Shown here in pieces: positions 1 through 9,505 of a stretch of 64,000 nucleotides of DNA. The first letter of the stretch is position 1, and every line of letters begins with the position of its first letter. The notes under the pieces were generated by a model. It saw only the letters and a list, made by a program, of their open reading frames with translations, was not told the DNA's origin and ran no database searches. This DNA comes from Promethearchaeia archaeon (GTDB lineage: Archaea > Asgardarchaeota > Lokiarchaeia > Sigyniarchaeales > SOKP01): the NCBI GenBank assembly GCA_029856155.1, contig JAHQWL010000055.1, positions 1 through 64,000 of the forward strand. Reading direction: 5' to 3'. Both the position numbers and the translations under genes were made by a program.

Positions 1-1001
1 TAAGACTTTCACCTCCTAATTTTAAACGCTTTATCCAGACTCGCTCTTTTGACTTAATATATGGCGGTGGGGAAGCTAATGTTGCGGTTTCATTAGCTAA
101 TTATGGAATTCCTGTTGACTTTATAACAAAATTACCAAATAATGAAATTGGTAACGCTTGTATTCAATTTCTAAGACAGTTCGGCGTAAATACAAATAAT
201 GTCGTGAGAGGAGGGAACAGAATAGGAATTTATTTTCTCGAGATGGGATCCTCTGTTCGTCCAAGTAAAGTTATTTATGATAGAGCACATTCAGCTATAT
301 CTGAAGCTAGCTCCGACGATTTTAATTGGAATAAAATTTTTGAAGGTGCTTCCTGGTTTCATTGGACTGGTATTACACCTGCAATTTCACAGAATCTGGC
401 AAAAATTTGTCTTGAAGCTGTAAAAGTTGCAAAAGAGAAAAATATTATAATATCATGCGATTTAAATTATCGTAATCAACTGTGGAATTATGGAAAAACC
501 CCAAATGAAGTAATACCCAACTTACTAAAATATTCCGATATAGCAATTGGCAATGAAGAAGATGCTGACAAAGTCCTAGGTATTAAGGCTCCGGATACAG
601 ATGTGACTTCGGGAAAACTTAATGCTGAGAATTATAAATATGTAGTCGAAGAAATATTTAAACAATATCCAAACCTAAAAAATATTGCAATTACTTTAAG
701 AGGATCAATATCTGCTAGCTATAATACGTGGTCAGCGGTTCTTTATGACGGAACTAATATGTATATTGGTCCTCAATATGAAATCAACCCAATCGTGGAT
801 AGAGTGGGCGGAGGAGACTCTTTTATGGGAGGATTAATCTATGGTCTAATCAAATATAAAGATAATCTGCAAAATGCCCTAAATTTTGCTATAGCTGCTT
901 CTTGTCTAAAACACACGATATTAGGTGATTTTAATTTAGTTTCTATTGATGAAGTTCTTAAATTAATGGGTGGAGATACTTCTGGAAGAGTATCAAGATA
1001 A
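1..1001 (+). CDS. kdgK: PfkB-family sugar kinase, 2-keto-3-deoxygluconate kinase type (5'-truncated by window)
   Basis: Frame is open from position 3 (RLSPPNFKRF...YGGGEANVAVSLA); YDRAHS, SCDLNYR, GNEED and DRVGGGDSF PfkB motifs. Confidence 0.85.
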   Translation, partial: RLSPPNFKRFIQTRSFDLIYGGGEANVAVSLANYGIPVDFITKLPNNEIGNACIQFLRQFGVNTNNVVRGGNRIGIYFLEMGSSVRPSKVIYDRAHSAISEASSDDFNWNKIFEGASWFHWTGITPAISQNLAKICLEAVKVAKEKNIIISCDLNYRNQLWNYGKTPNEVIPNLLKYSDIAIGNEEDADKVLGIKAPDTDVTSGKLNAENYKYVVEEIFKQYPNLKNIAITLRGSISASYNTWSAVLYDGTNMYIGPQYEINPIVDRVGGGDSFMGGLIYGLIKYKDNLQNALNFAIAASCLKHTILGDFNLVSIDEVLKLMGGDTSGRVSR

Positions 1002-1025
1002 TTTACATAAGAGGCTAATAATATA

Positions 1026-1832
1026 ATGAAAGATTATAAAAAAATAATTATAACTGCTACTACAGCAAATTCATGGATTTATCCCGAAGTTAAGAATTGG
1101 GCTCAAACCACTGATCAATTAATAGATGATGTAGTAGAGTGTTATGAAGCTGGTGCTGCAGTTGCGCATGTTCATCTTCCCCGCGGAGAAGAAGTCGAGA
1201 CTGTTAAAAGAATTAGAGAAAAATGTGATATCATTATACAAGCTGGTATGTCAAGCGAATCAATCCCAAAAAGAGAGGGAGATTTTAAATCAAAATCAGA
1301 AATGATGTCAGTTATGTTAACTCATCATGCAGAGCATTTTACTCAATTGAAAGTTGATATTTTGCATCCGCTAAAGGAATTAGAAGACTATTGTAAAATG
1401 TGTAAAGATCATAATATAAAACCAGAGTGGGAAGTTTGGCATCAGGGGTCATATTGGAATCTGAATTATTTAATTAATAAAAATTTGTTAGAATGGTCAA
1501 AACCTCATATCTTAACGTTATTCTTTAATTGGCCGGGGGGAACATGGTCAGCTCCAAGTTATGATGAATATGTTCATAGAAGAAAGCATATTCCACCTAA
1601 TTGTGTTCATACAGTTAGTGTAATGGGTGAAGAACAGATGAAGTTATTAGTTTTTGTTCTTACTCATGGTGGAAATATAAGGGTTGGCACAGAAGATTAC
1701 CCTTTTATCGCAAAAGGAGTGCCTGCAAAAAATAACGCTGAAATTATAAAAAATTATATTGATATTTGTAGACATGTCGGTCGTGATGTTGCTGATCCTT
1801 CCGAAGCAAGAGGAATACTGGGATTAAAATAA
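1026..1832 (+). CDS. beta-keto acid cleavage enzyme (BKACE/DUF849, Kce-like)
   Basis: EAGAAVAHVH Zn-binding HxH, KPEWEVW, GGNIRVGTED, GRDVADPSEARGILGL. Confidence 0.85.
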   Translation: MKDYKKIIITATTANSWIYPEVKNWAQTTDQLIDDVVECYEAGAAVAHVHLPRGEEVETVKRIREKCDIIIQAGMSSESIPKREGDFKSKSEMMSVMLTHHAEHFTQLKVDILHPLKELEDYCKMCKDHNIKPEWEVWHQGSYWNLNYLINKNLLEWSKPHILTLFFNWPGGTWSAPSYDEYVHRRKHIPPNCVHTVSVMGEEQMKLLVFVLTHGGNIRVGTEDYPFIAKGVPAKNNAEIIKNYIDICRHVGRDVADPSEARGILGLK

Positions 1833-1920
1833 AAAAATTGTATTTTTCCTTCTAATTCAGTTAATTATAACTAAATCTTTTTTTTTGATTTTTAAGCCAT
1901 TTCCAGAAAAGTCAGTAAGC

Positions 1921-1930
1921 TTTATATAAA
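1921..1930 (+). promoter_or_regulatory. candidate archaeal TATA box upstream of the DMT/PIG-L pair
   Basis: TTTATATAAA about 75 nt upstream of ATG 2003; AT-rich background limits certainty. Confidence 0.3.
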
Positions 1931-2002
1931 CTTAAGATGAATTTTTTATCATTATATATTTTTCTTAATTATAAAAGAAGCAAAAATAAGTGTTGAGAAA
2001 AA

Positions 2003-2893
2003 ATGAATGGTACTTTTTATTTATTAGGTGTTTTTTTAGCAATATTATCTGGAAGTATAAATAATATTGGGTTAGTGTTCCAAAAAAAAGTAGTTAATGA
2101 AGTAGCCTCTGACGCAAAATTCTTTAGAAGTTTAGTGAAAAAACCTCTTTGGGTAACAGGGTTATTAATGGAATTGTTAATAGGCTCAGTTTTTTTTATG
2201 ATTGCTCAAGTTTATATTGGTCCAGCATTAATTCCAGGTTTGATGGCATTCGGTTTAATTTTTCTCGCTATTGGGTCGGTTAAAATTGTTGGTGAGACTT
2301 TAAAAAAGGAAGAAATCATAGGAATTATTTTAATGATTTTAGCGATCTTTCTCTTGGGTCTTTCTGAATTAAGTATAGATATTACTGGCATAAACATATT
2401 AGCTCTTGATCTTGTAGTTAACATGACTATTTTTACGATTGTTTTATTTGTAGGTTCAATCATATGTGAGATTTTACAAAGAAAAACTGAAAAATTTAAA
2501 GGCATGTTATTAGCCATATCCTCAGGATTCCAATTTTCTCTTACTAATTTTTGGATCGCACCTTTAATGGCTGTAATCGCTCATGTATTTGGAGGAAATG
2601 CCACTTTAGGAGAACTTTTCTTATTTATAGCTTGTGCTGTTATTTTGATTACAGCTAGTATTATAGGAATAATGAAAATTCAACAATCATTTCAAGTAGG
2701 TAACGCTAGTCGAATGATTCCTATTCAGCAAGTACCTATGCAAATTACACCAGTAATAGCATACTTTTTTGTTTTTATGCTCATGGCCCCTACAATCTTT
2801 TCTATCATATATGTGATTGGTGGTGTTGTTTTAATAGTGTTTAGTTCATTTTTATTAGCGAAAAGACAAGCACAATTAGAAGCTATAAAATAA
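2003..2893 (+). CDS. DMT-superfamily (NIPA-like) membrane transporter, copy 1
   Basis: About 9 hydrophobic segments; QKK..PLWVTGL..GPALIPGL..VGETL pattern; paralog of 18196..19086. Confidence 0.7.
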   Translation: MNGTFYLLGVFLAILSGSINNIGLVFQKKVVNEVASDAKFFRSLVKKPLWVTGLLMELLIGSVFFMIAQVYIGPALIPGLMAFGLIFLAIGSVKIVGETLKKEEIIGIILMILAIFLLGLSELSIDITGINILALDLVVNMTIFTIVLFVGSIICEILQRKTEKFKGMLLAISSGFQFSLTNFWIAPLMAVIAHVFGGNATLGELFLFIACAVILITASIIGIMKIQQSFQVGNASRMIPIQQVPMQITPVIAYFFVFMLMAPTIFSIIYVIGGVVLIVFSSFLLAKRQAQLEAIK

Positions 2894-2903
2894 GGTTAGA
2901 CAA

Positions 2904-3698
2904 ATGGCAAAAATAATTTTCTTTCAACCACATCCAGATGACTTAGAACTTAACTGTGGTCATATTATTCATTACCTTGCAACAAAAAGTAAAAATAAGC
3001 ACATCATTAAGATAGCTTCAACCACAAAAGGAGAATATGGGCTTCCTGGTGCTCAGTATGATAAATTTAAAGGTGACTTTCTAGCAAAAGTCAGAACACG
3101 AGAATTATGCAATGCCCAAAGTATTCATGGAATACCTCCTGAAAATATTCACTTTTTTGGATATGTTGATGGTTTAGTAGAATTTACTAAAGATTTTACA
3201 AATGAAATTGCTGAATATTTAAAGAAGGAAAAACCAGATGTAATTTTCGCACCGGAAGCAATTTATACGTCTTATTACCACAGGGATCACGTAAATACAG
3301 GTAAGGCAATATATTACTGTATTCATAACAAATTAATCGATTTTACTCCGATTCTTTATTTTTATTCGACATTAAGTCCAAATTTTTTCTTCGGTTTTAA
3401 GAAAGAGGATTTCTCTTTAATCGATCAATTACTAGCTTGCCATAAAACCCAATTTTGGTTGATAAATTATGTAACATGGACTTATAGACCAAAAACAAGA
3501 TTAGCTGGAAGGAAGTTAAGCGGTTGGAGATATGCCGAGAAATACCGAAGAGTTTATTTTCACAAAAATAATACAAAATTGAATAAACCATCATTGATAG
3601 TTCAAATGTTAAGTCATTGGTATTCAAGCATGCCTTTTTTTAAAGCTAAATACCCACAAGATGTGTTAGCAGAGCTTAAAAAAAAAGGAAAAATCTAA
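2904..3698 (+). CDS. PIG-L/LmbE-family Zn-dependent N-deacetylase, copy 1
   Basis: HPDDLE, TKGE, RTRE, GYVDG, HRDH, CHKTQ, AE-Y motifs. Confidence 0.85.
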   Translation: MAKIIFFQPHPDDLELNCGHIIHYLATKSKNKHIIKIASTTKGEYGLPGAQYDKFKGDFLAKVRTRELCNAQSIHGIPPENIHFFGYVDGLVEFTKDFTNEIAEYLKKEKPDVIFAPEAIYTSYYHRDHVNTGKAIYYCIHNKLIDFTPILYFYSTLSPNFFFGFKKEDFSLIDQLLACHKTQFWLINYVTWTYRPKTRLAGRKLSGWRYAEKYRRVYFHKNNTKLNKPSLIVQMLSHWYSSMPFFKAKYPQDVLAELKKKGKI

Positions 3699-3849
3699 AA
3701 TATTCAAGGAGAATATGAATAAGGTTTTTAGTGTAAAATAAGTATAATAAAACTATATAAAGAACAAAAACAAAATAATCTCAATATATAATTAAGAATT
3801 TATTAAAAAGTTTGAAATTATATTTACTAAAAGAATTGAGGTGTTTTTT

Positions 3850-4191
3850 TTGGCAACTAATGAAGAAGTTAAAGAAGCATTAAATAAATGGGTGAAGGTA
3901 TTAGACGATCCAGAGATTGCGGATGAATTTGAAGGATTTAATAAAACCATGCAATTTGAATTTTCAGACATAAATTATAAAGTAAAAATGATTTTTGAAA
4001 ATAAAACAGCAAGATTAGAGGAAGGTTTTGATGAAAATGCTGAAATGGGTTTAGAAATTAATTCCGATCTTTTTGTAGGTATTGCTACCGGCGAAGTTGA
4101 TCCAATGGAAGCGTTTATGGAAGGAGAACTTAAAACAAAGGGCGATATGAACTCATTACAGAGACTAGAAGTCTTCATGGATATTGAATAG
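3850..4191 (+). CDS. stand-alone SCP2 (sterol carrier protein 2) lipid-binding domain protein
   Basis: DLFVGIATGEVDPMEAFMEGELKTKGD SCP2 signature; TTG 3850 follows a GAGGTG RBS (ORF track starts at 3841). Confidence 0.85.
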   Translation: MATNEEVKEALNKWVKVLDDPEIADEFEGFNKTMQFEFSDINYKVKMIFENKTARLEEGFDENAEMGLEINSDLFVGIATGEVDPMEAFMEGELKTKGDMNSLQRLEVFMDIE

Positions 4192-4273
4192 CGAATTTTT
4201 GTTAGAATTAATTTTTTTTAAAATTTTTTAATAAAATAATTACATTTTAAAAATTATTTTGGCTTGATAATAA

Positions 4274-5398
4274 ATGGAACCAATTGGTTTTAATAAAGAA
4301 AGAACTCGTAATGTTTTAGAAGAGCACGATATTGATGTGTTAATTGCCTCTACTCCTGTAAATGTTTTTTATTTAACGGGTTTACCAACATTACATGTTG
4401 CTCCAAATCCTATTTTATACGTTTTATATAATCAATACCCGAGTTTATCTTTAGTTCGGAGAGATGGTGAGGAAAGTTTGATAATGTGGATAACTTATCG
4501 TAGCGCAGATAAATTTTCATGGGTAAGTGATATTCATGGAATAGGATCTCCTAAAGGTGCTATGGTATCAGTATCCGATAAGATTGAAGAATGGGGTTTA
4601 TCAATTAGTAAGATAGGGTATGAATCCCTTATGCCTTCTTATCAATCTGAATATCTGAGGAATAAATTTCCAAATGCGACATTTGTTAATGGTGATCAAG
4701 CTTTTTTAGATATGCGTTTAATCAAATCTGAAGAAGAAGTAAAAAGAATAAAAAAATCAACACAAATTTCTGAAAAAGCTATATTGAATATGATTGAAGC
4801 ATCTTATGAAGGAATTACTGATGTTGAATTATTACAAATCGCTCGGAAAACAATCGTTGATGAGGGTGCAGAAGGTTGGGATCATTTAACAATGAATTTG
4901 GGACCCTCTGATCCTGAAGCTCCAGGAGTAGGAACTACTCTGAAAGCAGGAGATCTTAATAGATTTGACATTGGAACTATTTGGAAAGGATATGTTTCAG
5001 ATGTCAGTCGAGAGTTAGTGATAGGACGAATACCTGATGGTGCAGAGGAGATTATGAATAATCTGATAGAAATACAAGAGTTCTGTGAACAAAGTATTTA
5101 CCCTGGATTAAATATAAAAGAATTATACAGTAATGCAAGTAAATTTAGTAAATCTCTAATAAAGAGAGGGAGAGCCTTCGTAACAGGTCACAGTATTGGT
5201 TTAGAATGTGAAGAAACTCATTTATTTAGTCCAATAAAAAAATTAGATCGACCATTTGAAGAGAATATGGTTTTTGATATTGAAATCTGGCAGAATTTCA
5301 AAAATCAAGGATTAATGGGAATTGAAGATTGTTATAGAATAAAAAGTAATGGTTGCGAGAGGCTGTCAAGTTTAGACAAGAAAATTTATGTTAAATAA
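4274..5398 (+). CDS. M24 (Xaa-Pro peptidase/creatinase-fold) metallohydrolase, copy 1
   Basis: NVFYLTG, RLIKSEEE, RFDIG..GYVSD, GHSIG, FDIE, GIEDCY. Confidence 0.85.
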   Translation: MEPIGFNKERTRNVLEEHDIDVLIASTPVNVFYLTGLPTLHVAPNPILYVLYNQYPSLSLVRRDGEESLIMWITYRSADKFSWVSDIHGIGSPKGAMVSVSDKIEEWGLSISKIGYESLMPSYQSEYLRNKFPNATFVNGDQAFLDMRLIKSEEEVKRIKKSTQISEKAILNMIEASYEGITDVELLQIARKTIVDEGAEGWDHLTMNLGPSDPEAPGVGTTLKAGDLNRFDIGTIWKGYVSDVSRELVIGRIPDGAEEIMNNLIEIQEFCEQSIYPGLNIKELYSNASKFSKSLIKRGRAFVTGHSIGLECEETHLFSPIKKLDRPFEENMVFDIEIWQNFKNQGLMGIEDCYRIKSNGCERLSSLDKKIYVK

Positions 5399-5455
5399 AT
5401 ATCAAATCATTAAAATTTAATACAAATTTATAAAATATCATTGGAGGTTAATTAA

Positions 5456-6592
5456 ATGAGTGATTATGTAAAGTTTGGAATAATCGGAGCGGGTTCTGCT
5501 GTCTGGCGCTACCACAAACTTGGTACGAAAAATAATCCAAAAATTAAATTTATTTCTGGTTATGATGTCGATGATAAGAAGTTAGCTAAAGCAGCTAAAT
5601 ATTCAAAATTAGAACCTTATTCGAACTTAGATGGTTTTTTCAAAAGTGATATCGATGCGGTTATGGTTTTAGTACCACATTATCTACACAAAGATTTAGT
5701 CATTGCAGCAGCCGAAGCCGGAAAACATGTCATCTGTGAAAAACCTATGGCAACCACACTTGAGGAATGTGATGAGATGATAGCAGCCACGAAGAAGGCT
5801 GGTATAAAATTTATGATCGCAGAGAATCATCGATTCCTACCAGCTCATCAATTTATAAAAGATGCTATAGAACGTGGATTTATTGGAGATGTATTTCTTG
5901 GTCGAACTTATGAAGGTGCGTATGCTGCTTCACAATTTTTTGGTACTGATGATTGGAGTTTTACATACTCTAAAGGTGGTGGCGGTGTAGTTTCAGATCA
6001 AGGAGTACATAAGTTTACCATGCTAAATTGGATTCTTGGAGACGTCGATTCAGCTCAATGCTGGTTAAGTAAGACTTTGAAATCGCCCCCTAATAAAGGA
6101 GAAGATACAGCCATAATTCTATTACGCTATAAATGCGGTGCTATTGTGACAGTGGATATTTCCTCAAGTACAGTACATCCGCTTACAAATAAAACAGAAT
6201 TACACGGAACAAAAGGTACGATTTTTGAAGATCATGACTGGGAGAGACCTGTTAAAATACTTTCCTCTCATCCTGAGGCTGAAGTAAAGGGAGAGTATTA
6301 TAGTCCTGAAATCGAACATGGACCTTTTCCAGATTATTATAAAATATCCATGGGCCATGAAGATGCATATTTTGCTGAATGTATTTTAGAAGATAAGAAA
6401 CCAGAATTTACACCAGAAGAAGCAAGACAAGGTGTTGCAGTGGTTCTCTTAGCATATCTATCTGCTAAAAATGGAAGAATGACTTCGATGGATGAATTAA
6501 TTGAAGTTTATAAAAAAGAAGGAACAAGGAGTATATTAGAAGGACTTGGAGAAGTAACACAAAAAAATTATGTTAATTTGAATTGGGATTAA
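5456..6592 (+). CDS. Gfo/Idh/MocA-family oxidoreductase, copy 1
   Basis: GIIGAG, PHYLH, GKHVICEKPMA, GGGVVSDQGVH. Confidence 0.9.
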   Translation: MSDYVKFGIIGAGSAVWRYHKLGTKNNPKIKFISGYDVDDKKLAKAAKYSKLEPYSNLDGFFKSDIDAVMVLVPHYLHKDLVIAAAEAGKHVICEKPMATTLEECDEMIAATKKAGIKFMIAENHRFLPAHQFIKDAIERGFIGDVFLGRTYEGAYAASQFFGTDDWSFTYSKGGGGVVSDQGVHKFTMLNWILGDVDSAQCWLSKTLKSPPNKGEDTAIILLRYKCGAIVTVDISSSTVHPLTNKTELHGTKGTIFEDHDWERPVKILSSHPEAEVKGEYYSPEIEHGPFPDYYKISMGHEDAYFAECILEDKKPEFTPEEARQGVAVVLLAYLSAKNGRMTSMDELIEVYKKEGTRSILEGLGEVTQKNYVNLNWD

Positions 6593-6619
6593 AGGATATA
6601 TTAATTATTTAAGATAAGT

Positions 6620-8551
6620 TCAAATTTTTGTAATTTTTACTGTATGGATTCCATTTTCTTTGATGATTATAGATACTAATTGATTTTTTTCATCTTTTTG
6701 TATTTCACCCTCTGATACATCTATATTATAACCGTTTGGATAATGGATTTTTGGAATAAAAATAGTTGTTGAACCATTTATGGAAACATCACCGTCAAAC
6801 TCAAAATGAAAGAATCCTTCCTTCATTTGAAAATCCATTTTTTTTGGAATGCCGGTACAACGAATGAAATGTGGGCGACAGAAACCCTTAATTGCTCTTC
6901 CACCGCTATTAATATCATCTGGATTAACTTTTTGATCTATACTATAAATTGATAAATCCTCTAAATTCCACAAATCCCCCCATTCGTTAGAATTATCTGG
7001 AGTATAATTCCATTGTAATGCATGTAATAAATTAGCATCCATAGCATTATAGTAATTATTTAGAGCTTTTACATGTGTTTTCCAAGCTTCATCCGGTGCA
7101 GATTTAAATTTTTCATAAGCTTCTTTATTATTTAGATCAAATGGTAATCCAAATTCCTCAATTATTGTAGGAATGCGCCCAAAAAAAGAATTAGAGTAAT
7201 CCTTAATATTTTCTAATTGTGAAATGAACATTTGTTTAACATTTTTTTTACCTATAACCGGAGATCCTGTAATTAGATTATAATTAGCTTTAAGCATTGC
7301 TTTTTTTGTACCCGTTGTTGCTACATCGTACCAGTGGGCAGCATGTACACTATTAGATGGTATATCTAATTCAAATACTTCTCCTTTCATCACGCTTTCC
7401 ATAGGTCCTGTAAGAAATATTATTGCATTTGAAAATACTGTTCTGATTGCTTCAGTATAAGCTTTTAAGAAAGAAGAAAAATAATCTCGATAGAAATCAA
7501 TTTTATCTCCATTTTTATAGAGAAAATATTCATTTTTCAAAATCTGTGGATTTCCAACCTCATCTAATCCCCATAGACCCTCTTTTTTCCATATATCTTC
7601 AAATCCTTTTAACCAACATGATATTTTTCTTTGATTTAACTCATCTTTTCTTGTTTCTTTAATACCAAATCTTTTAACTTCTTGATATCCAATAGTTCTA
7701 GAATATCCTGCTCCTGTAAGCATAGCATCTATAGGAGTAAAAACATGTCCCATCACATCAGATTTTCCTTCCCACTCACTTCCATCGACATATTTACCAA
7801 TCCAGCCTTCAGGAGGTTCATTTAATATATCGAATCCTAGTACATGTGAATTATCTTTTACCCTCGATGCTACTTGTTTCATAGCATCAAAGAAATGATT
7901 CTGGAAGTAATCTTGAGCGTTTTTTCCATCAATTAAACATGAAGGTGCAAAATCCTTTCCACCAAAAAATAAAGTCCACATTGTTCCATTCGCAAATCTA
8001 TAAGTATTCCCCGTCCAATGCATTGGAAGATATTTTGCAAGGTCATTAGGGTCATATCTAAGTTGCATTGCAAGTGCTGCCTCAGAGCTTTCAAATTTAG
8101 TGTAATCTAACCCTATTTTTTCAAATGTCCAACCGGGTGCCCCATCTCCACCAGTAATTCTACTCCAAACATCCTGATGAGAATCGATAAACGTATAAAA
8201 TTTATAACTTTCGGCAATCTTTAATACCTCTTCGAGATAATCTAAAAATTCTTTATCAAATTCTCCTGGTCCGCTGTGCTCAATTGCTTCCCAAGTTACC
8301 AAAAACCTGAGACAATTAAAACCCCAATGCTTTAAGCGTGAAAAATGTTCATCTGCCTTTTTTAGAGGAAATGGGCGACCAACAAAAGAAACGTCCCTAT
8401 GATCACTAAAATCAGTTTTTATATGGGTTGCCCCATTAGGAGTAAAAGGGACTTTTGAGCTTCCACCCAGATTCACACCCCTTAGTAATACTGTTCGGCC
8501 TTTATCGTCAATAAAATATTCATTTTTTACTCTTAATGTCATTTTAATCAA
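6620..8551 (-). CDS. GH5 glycoside hydrolase, endoglycoceramidase-related / steryl-beta-glucosidase type (GH5_12-like)
   Basis: GRTVLLRGVNLGGSSKVP, FVGRPFP, TWEAIEH, DSHQDVWSR..GGDGAP, NEP acid/base, HWYD, EEFG nucleophile, WNY..GDLWNLEDLS, C-terminal beta domain. Confidence 0.85.
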   Translation of the reverse strand: MIKMTLRVKNEYFIDDKGRTVLLRGVNLGGSSKVPFTPNGATHIKTDFSDHRDVSFVGRPFPLKKADEHFSRLKHWGFNCLRFLVTWEAIEHSGPGEFDKEFLDYLEEVLKIAESYKFYTFIDSHQDVWSRITGGDGAPGWTFEKIGLDYTKFESSEAALAMQLRYDPNDLAKYLPMHWTGNTYRFANGTMWTLFFGGKDFAPSCLIDGKNAQDYFQNHFFDAMKQVASRVKDNSHVLGFDILNEPPEGWIGKYVDGSEWEGKSDVMGHVFTPIDAMLTGAGYSRTIGYQEVKRFGIKETRKDELNQRKISCWLKGFEDIWKKEGLWGLDEVGNPQILKNEYFLYKNGDKIDFYRDYFSSFLKAYTEAIRTVFSNAIIFLTGPMESVMKGEVFELDIPSNSVHAAHWYDVATTGTKKAMLKANYNLITGSPVIGKKNVKQMFISQLENIKDYSNSFFGRIPTIIEEFGLPFDLNNKEAYEKFKSAPDEAWKTHVKALNNYYNAMDANLLHALQWNYTPDNSNEWGDLWNLEDLSIYSIDQKVNPDDINSGGRAIKGFCRPHFIRCTGIPKKMDFQMKEGFFHFEFDGDVSINGSTTIFIPKIHYPNGYNIDVSEGEIQKDEKNQLVSIIIKENGIHTVKITKI

Positions 8552-8694
8552 ATCATATTAGTTCTTCTTATGAGTTCTTATCAATAAATTGCTCTCTTTT
8601 CATTAAAGTTTTATGAAATAAAAATCAAATTTTATTTAATTTCAATGATATTAAACTATACTTATTCAAAATTTAAAGTAACAAAAATAAAAAA

Positions 8695-9444
8695 ATGAAA
8701 TTAAAAGGGAAGATAGCCGTTATAACGGGAGCTGGAGCTGGTATTGGTGAGGCAACCGCTCTCCTTTTTGCGAAAGAAGGTGCAAAAGTTTGTTGCAATT
8801 CAATATCCGAGTCAGCTAAGAATGTTGTAAGAAAAATTAAATCAACTGGAGGAGATGCAATATTCGTTCAAGCAGATGTTTCTGTAGAGGATGAAGCGAA
8901 ATTAATAATTGAAAAGACTATAGAAACTTATGGCAAAATAGATATTTTATTTAATAATGCTGGAATTGTACTTGGTGGAACAATAGATACAATATCTACA
9001 GAAGACTGGGATAGAACTATGGCTGTTAATGTTAGAGCTATATATTTAGTATCTAAATACGCAATCCCATACTTGAAAAAAACAAAAGGGACAATTATAA
9101 ATAATTCTTCCATCTTAGCTCTTAAAGGAATCAAAGATAGAGCAGCCTATACAGCCTCTAAGGGCGCTGTTCTATCAATGACAAGAGCAATGGCGGCAGA
9201 TTATATTGAAGATAAAGTTCGAATAAATGCAATCTGTCCTGGTACAACTGATACTCCCTCCCTGACAGAACGTATAAAAAGTCGTGGTGGAAATTATGAA
9301 CAAGTAAGACAACAGTATATTGCTCGCCAAAAAATGGGAAGACTTGGAACACCTCAAGAAATTGCGGAAGGTGTTTTATTTCTCGCTTTAAATGAATTTT
9401 GTACTGGTATTTCCCTTTCAATTGATGGTGGAATGAGTTTTTGA
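8695..9444 (+). CDS. short-chain dehydrogenase/reductase
   Basis: TGAGAGIG, NNAG, YTASK, NAICPG. Confidence 0.9.
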   Translation: MKLKGKIAVITGAGAGIGEATALLFAKEGAKVCCNSISESAKNVVRKIKSTGGDAIFVQADVSVEDEAKLIIEKTIETYGKIDILFNNAGIVLGGTIDTISTEDWDRTMAVNVRAIYLVSKYAIPYLKKTKGTIINNSSILALKGIKDRAAYTASKGAVLSMTRAMAADYIEDKVRINAICPGTTDTPSLTERIKSRGGNYEQVRQQYIARQKMGRLGTPQEIAEGVLFLALNEFCTGISLSIDGGMSF

Positions 9445-9505
9445 ATTGTGTGGTTATAAAAACCCTCCTATATAAAAAAGAGAAGATTTAACATTGTAAA
9501 TGTTA

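Noticed and set aside
5738-5765. 28-nt exact match with the second Gfo gene (~13687-13714), possible gene conversion or repeat element
   Set aside because: It encodes the most conserved EKPMATTLE motif of paralogs; simple homology explains it.
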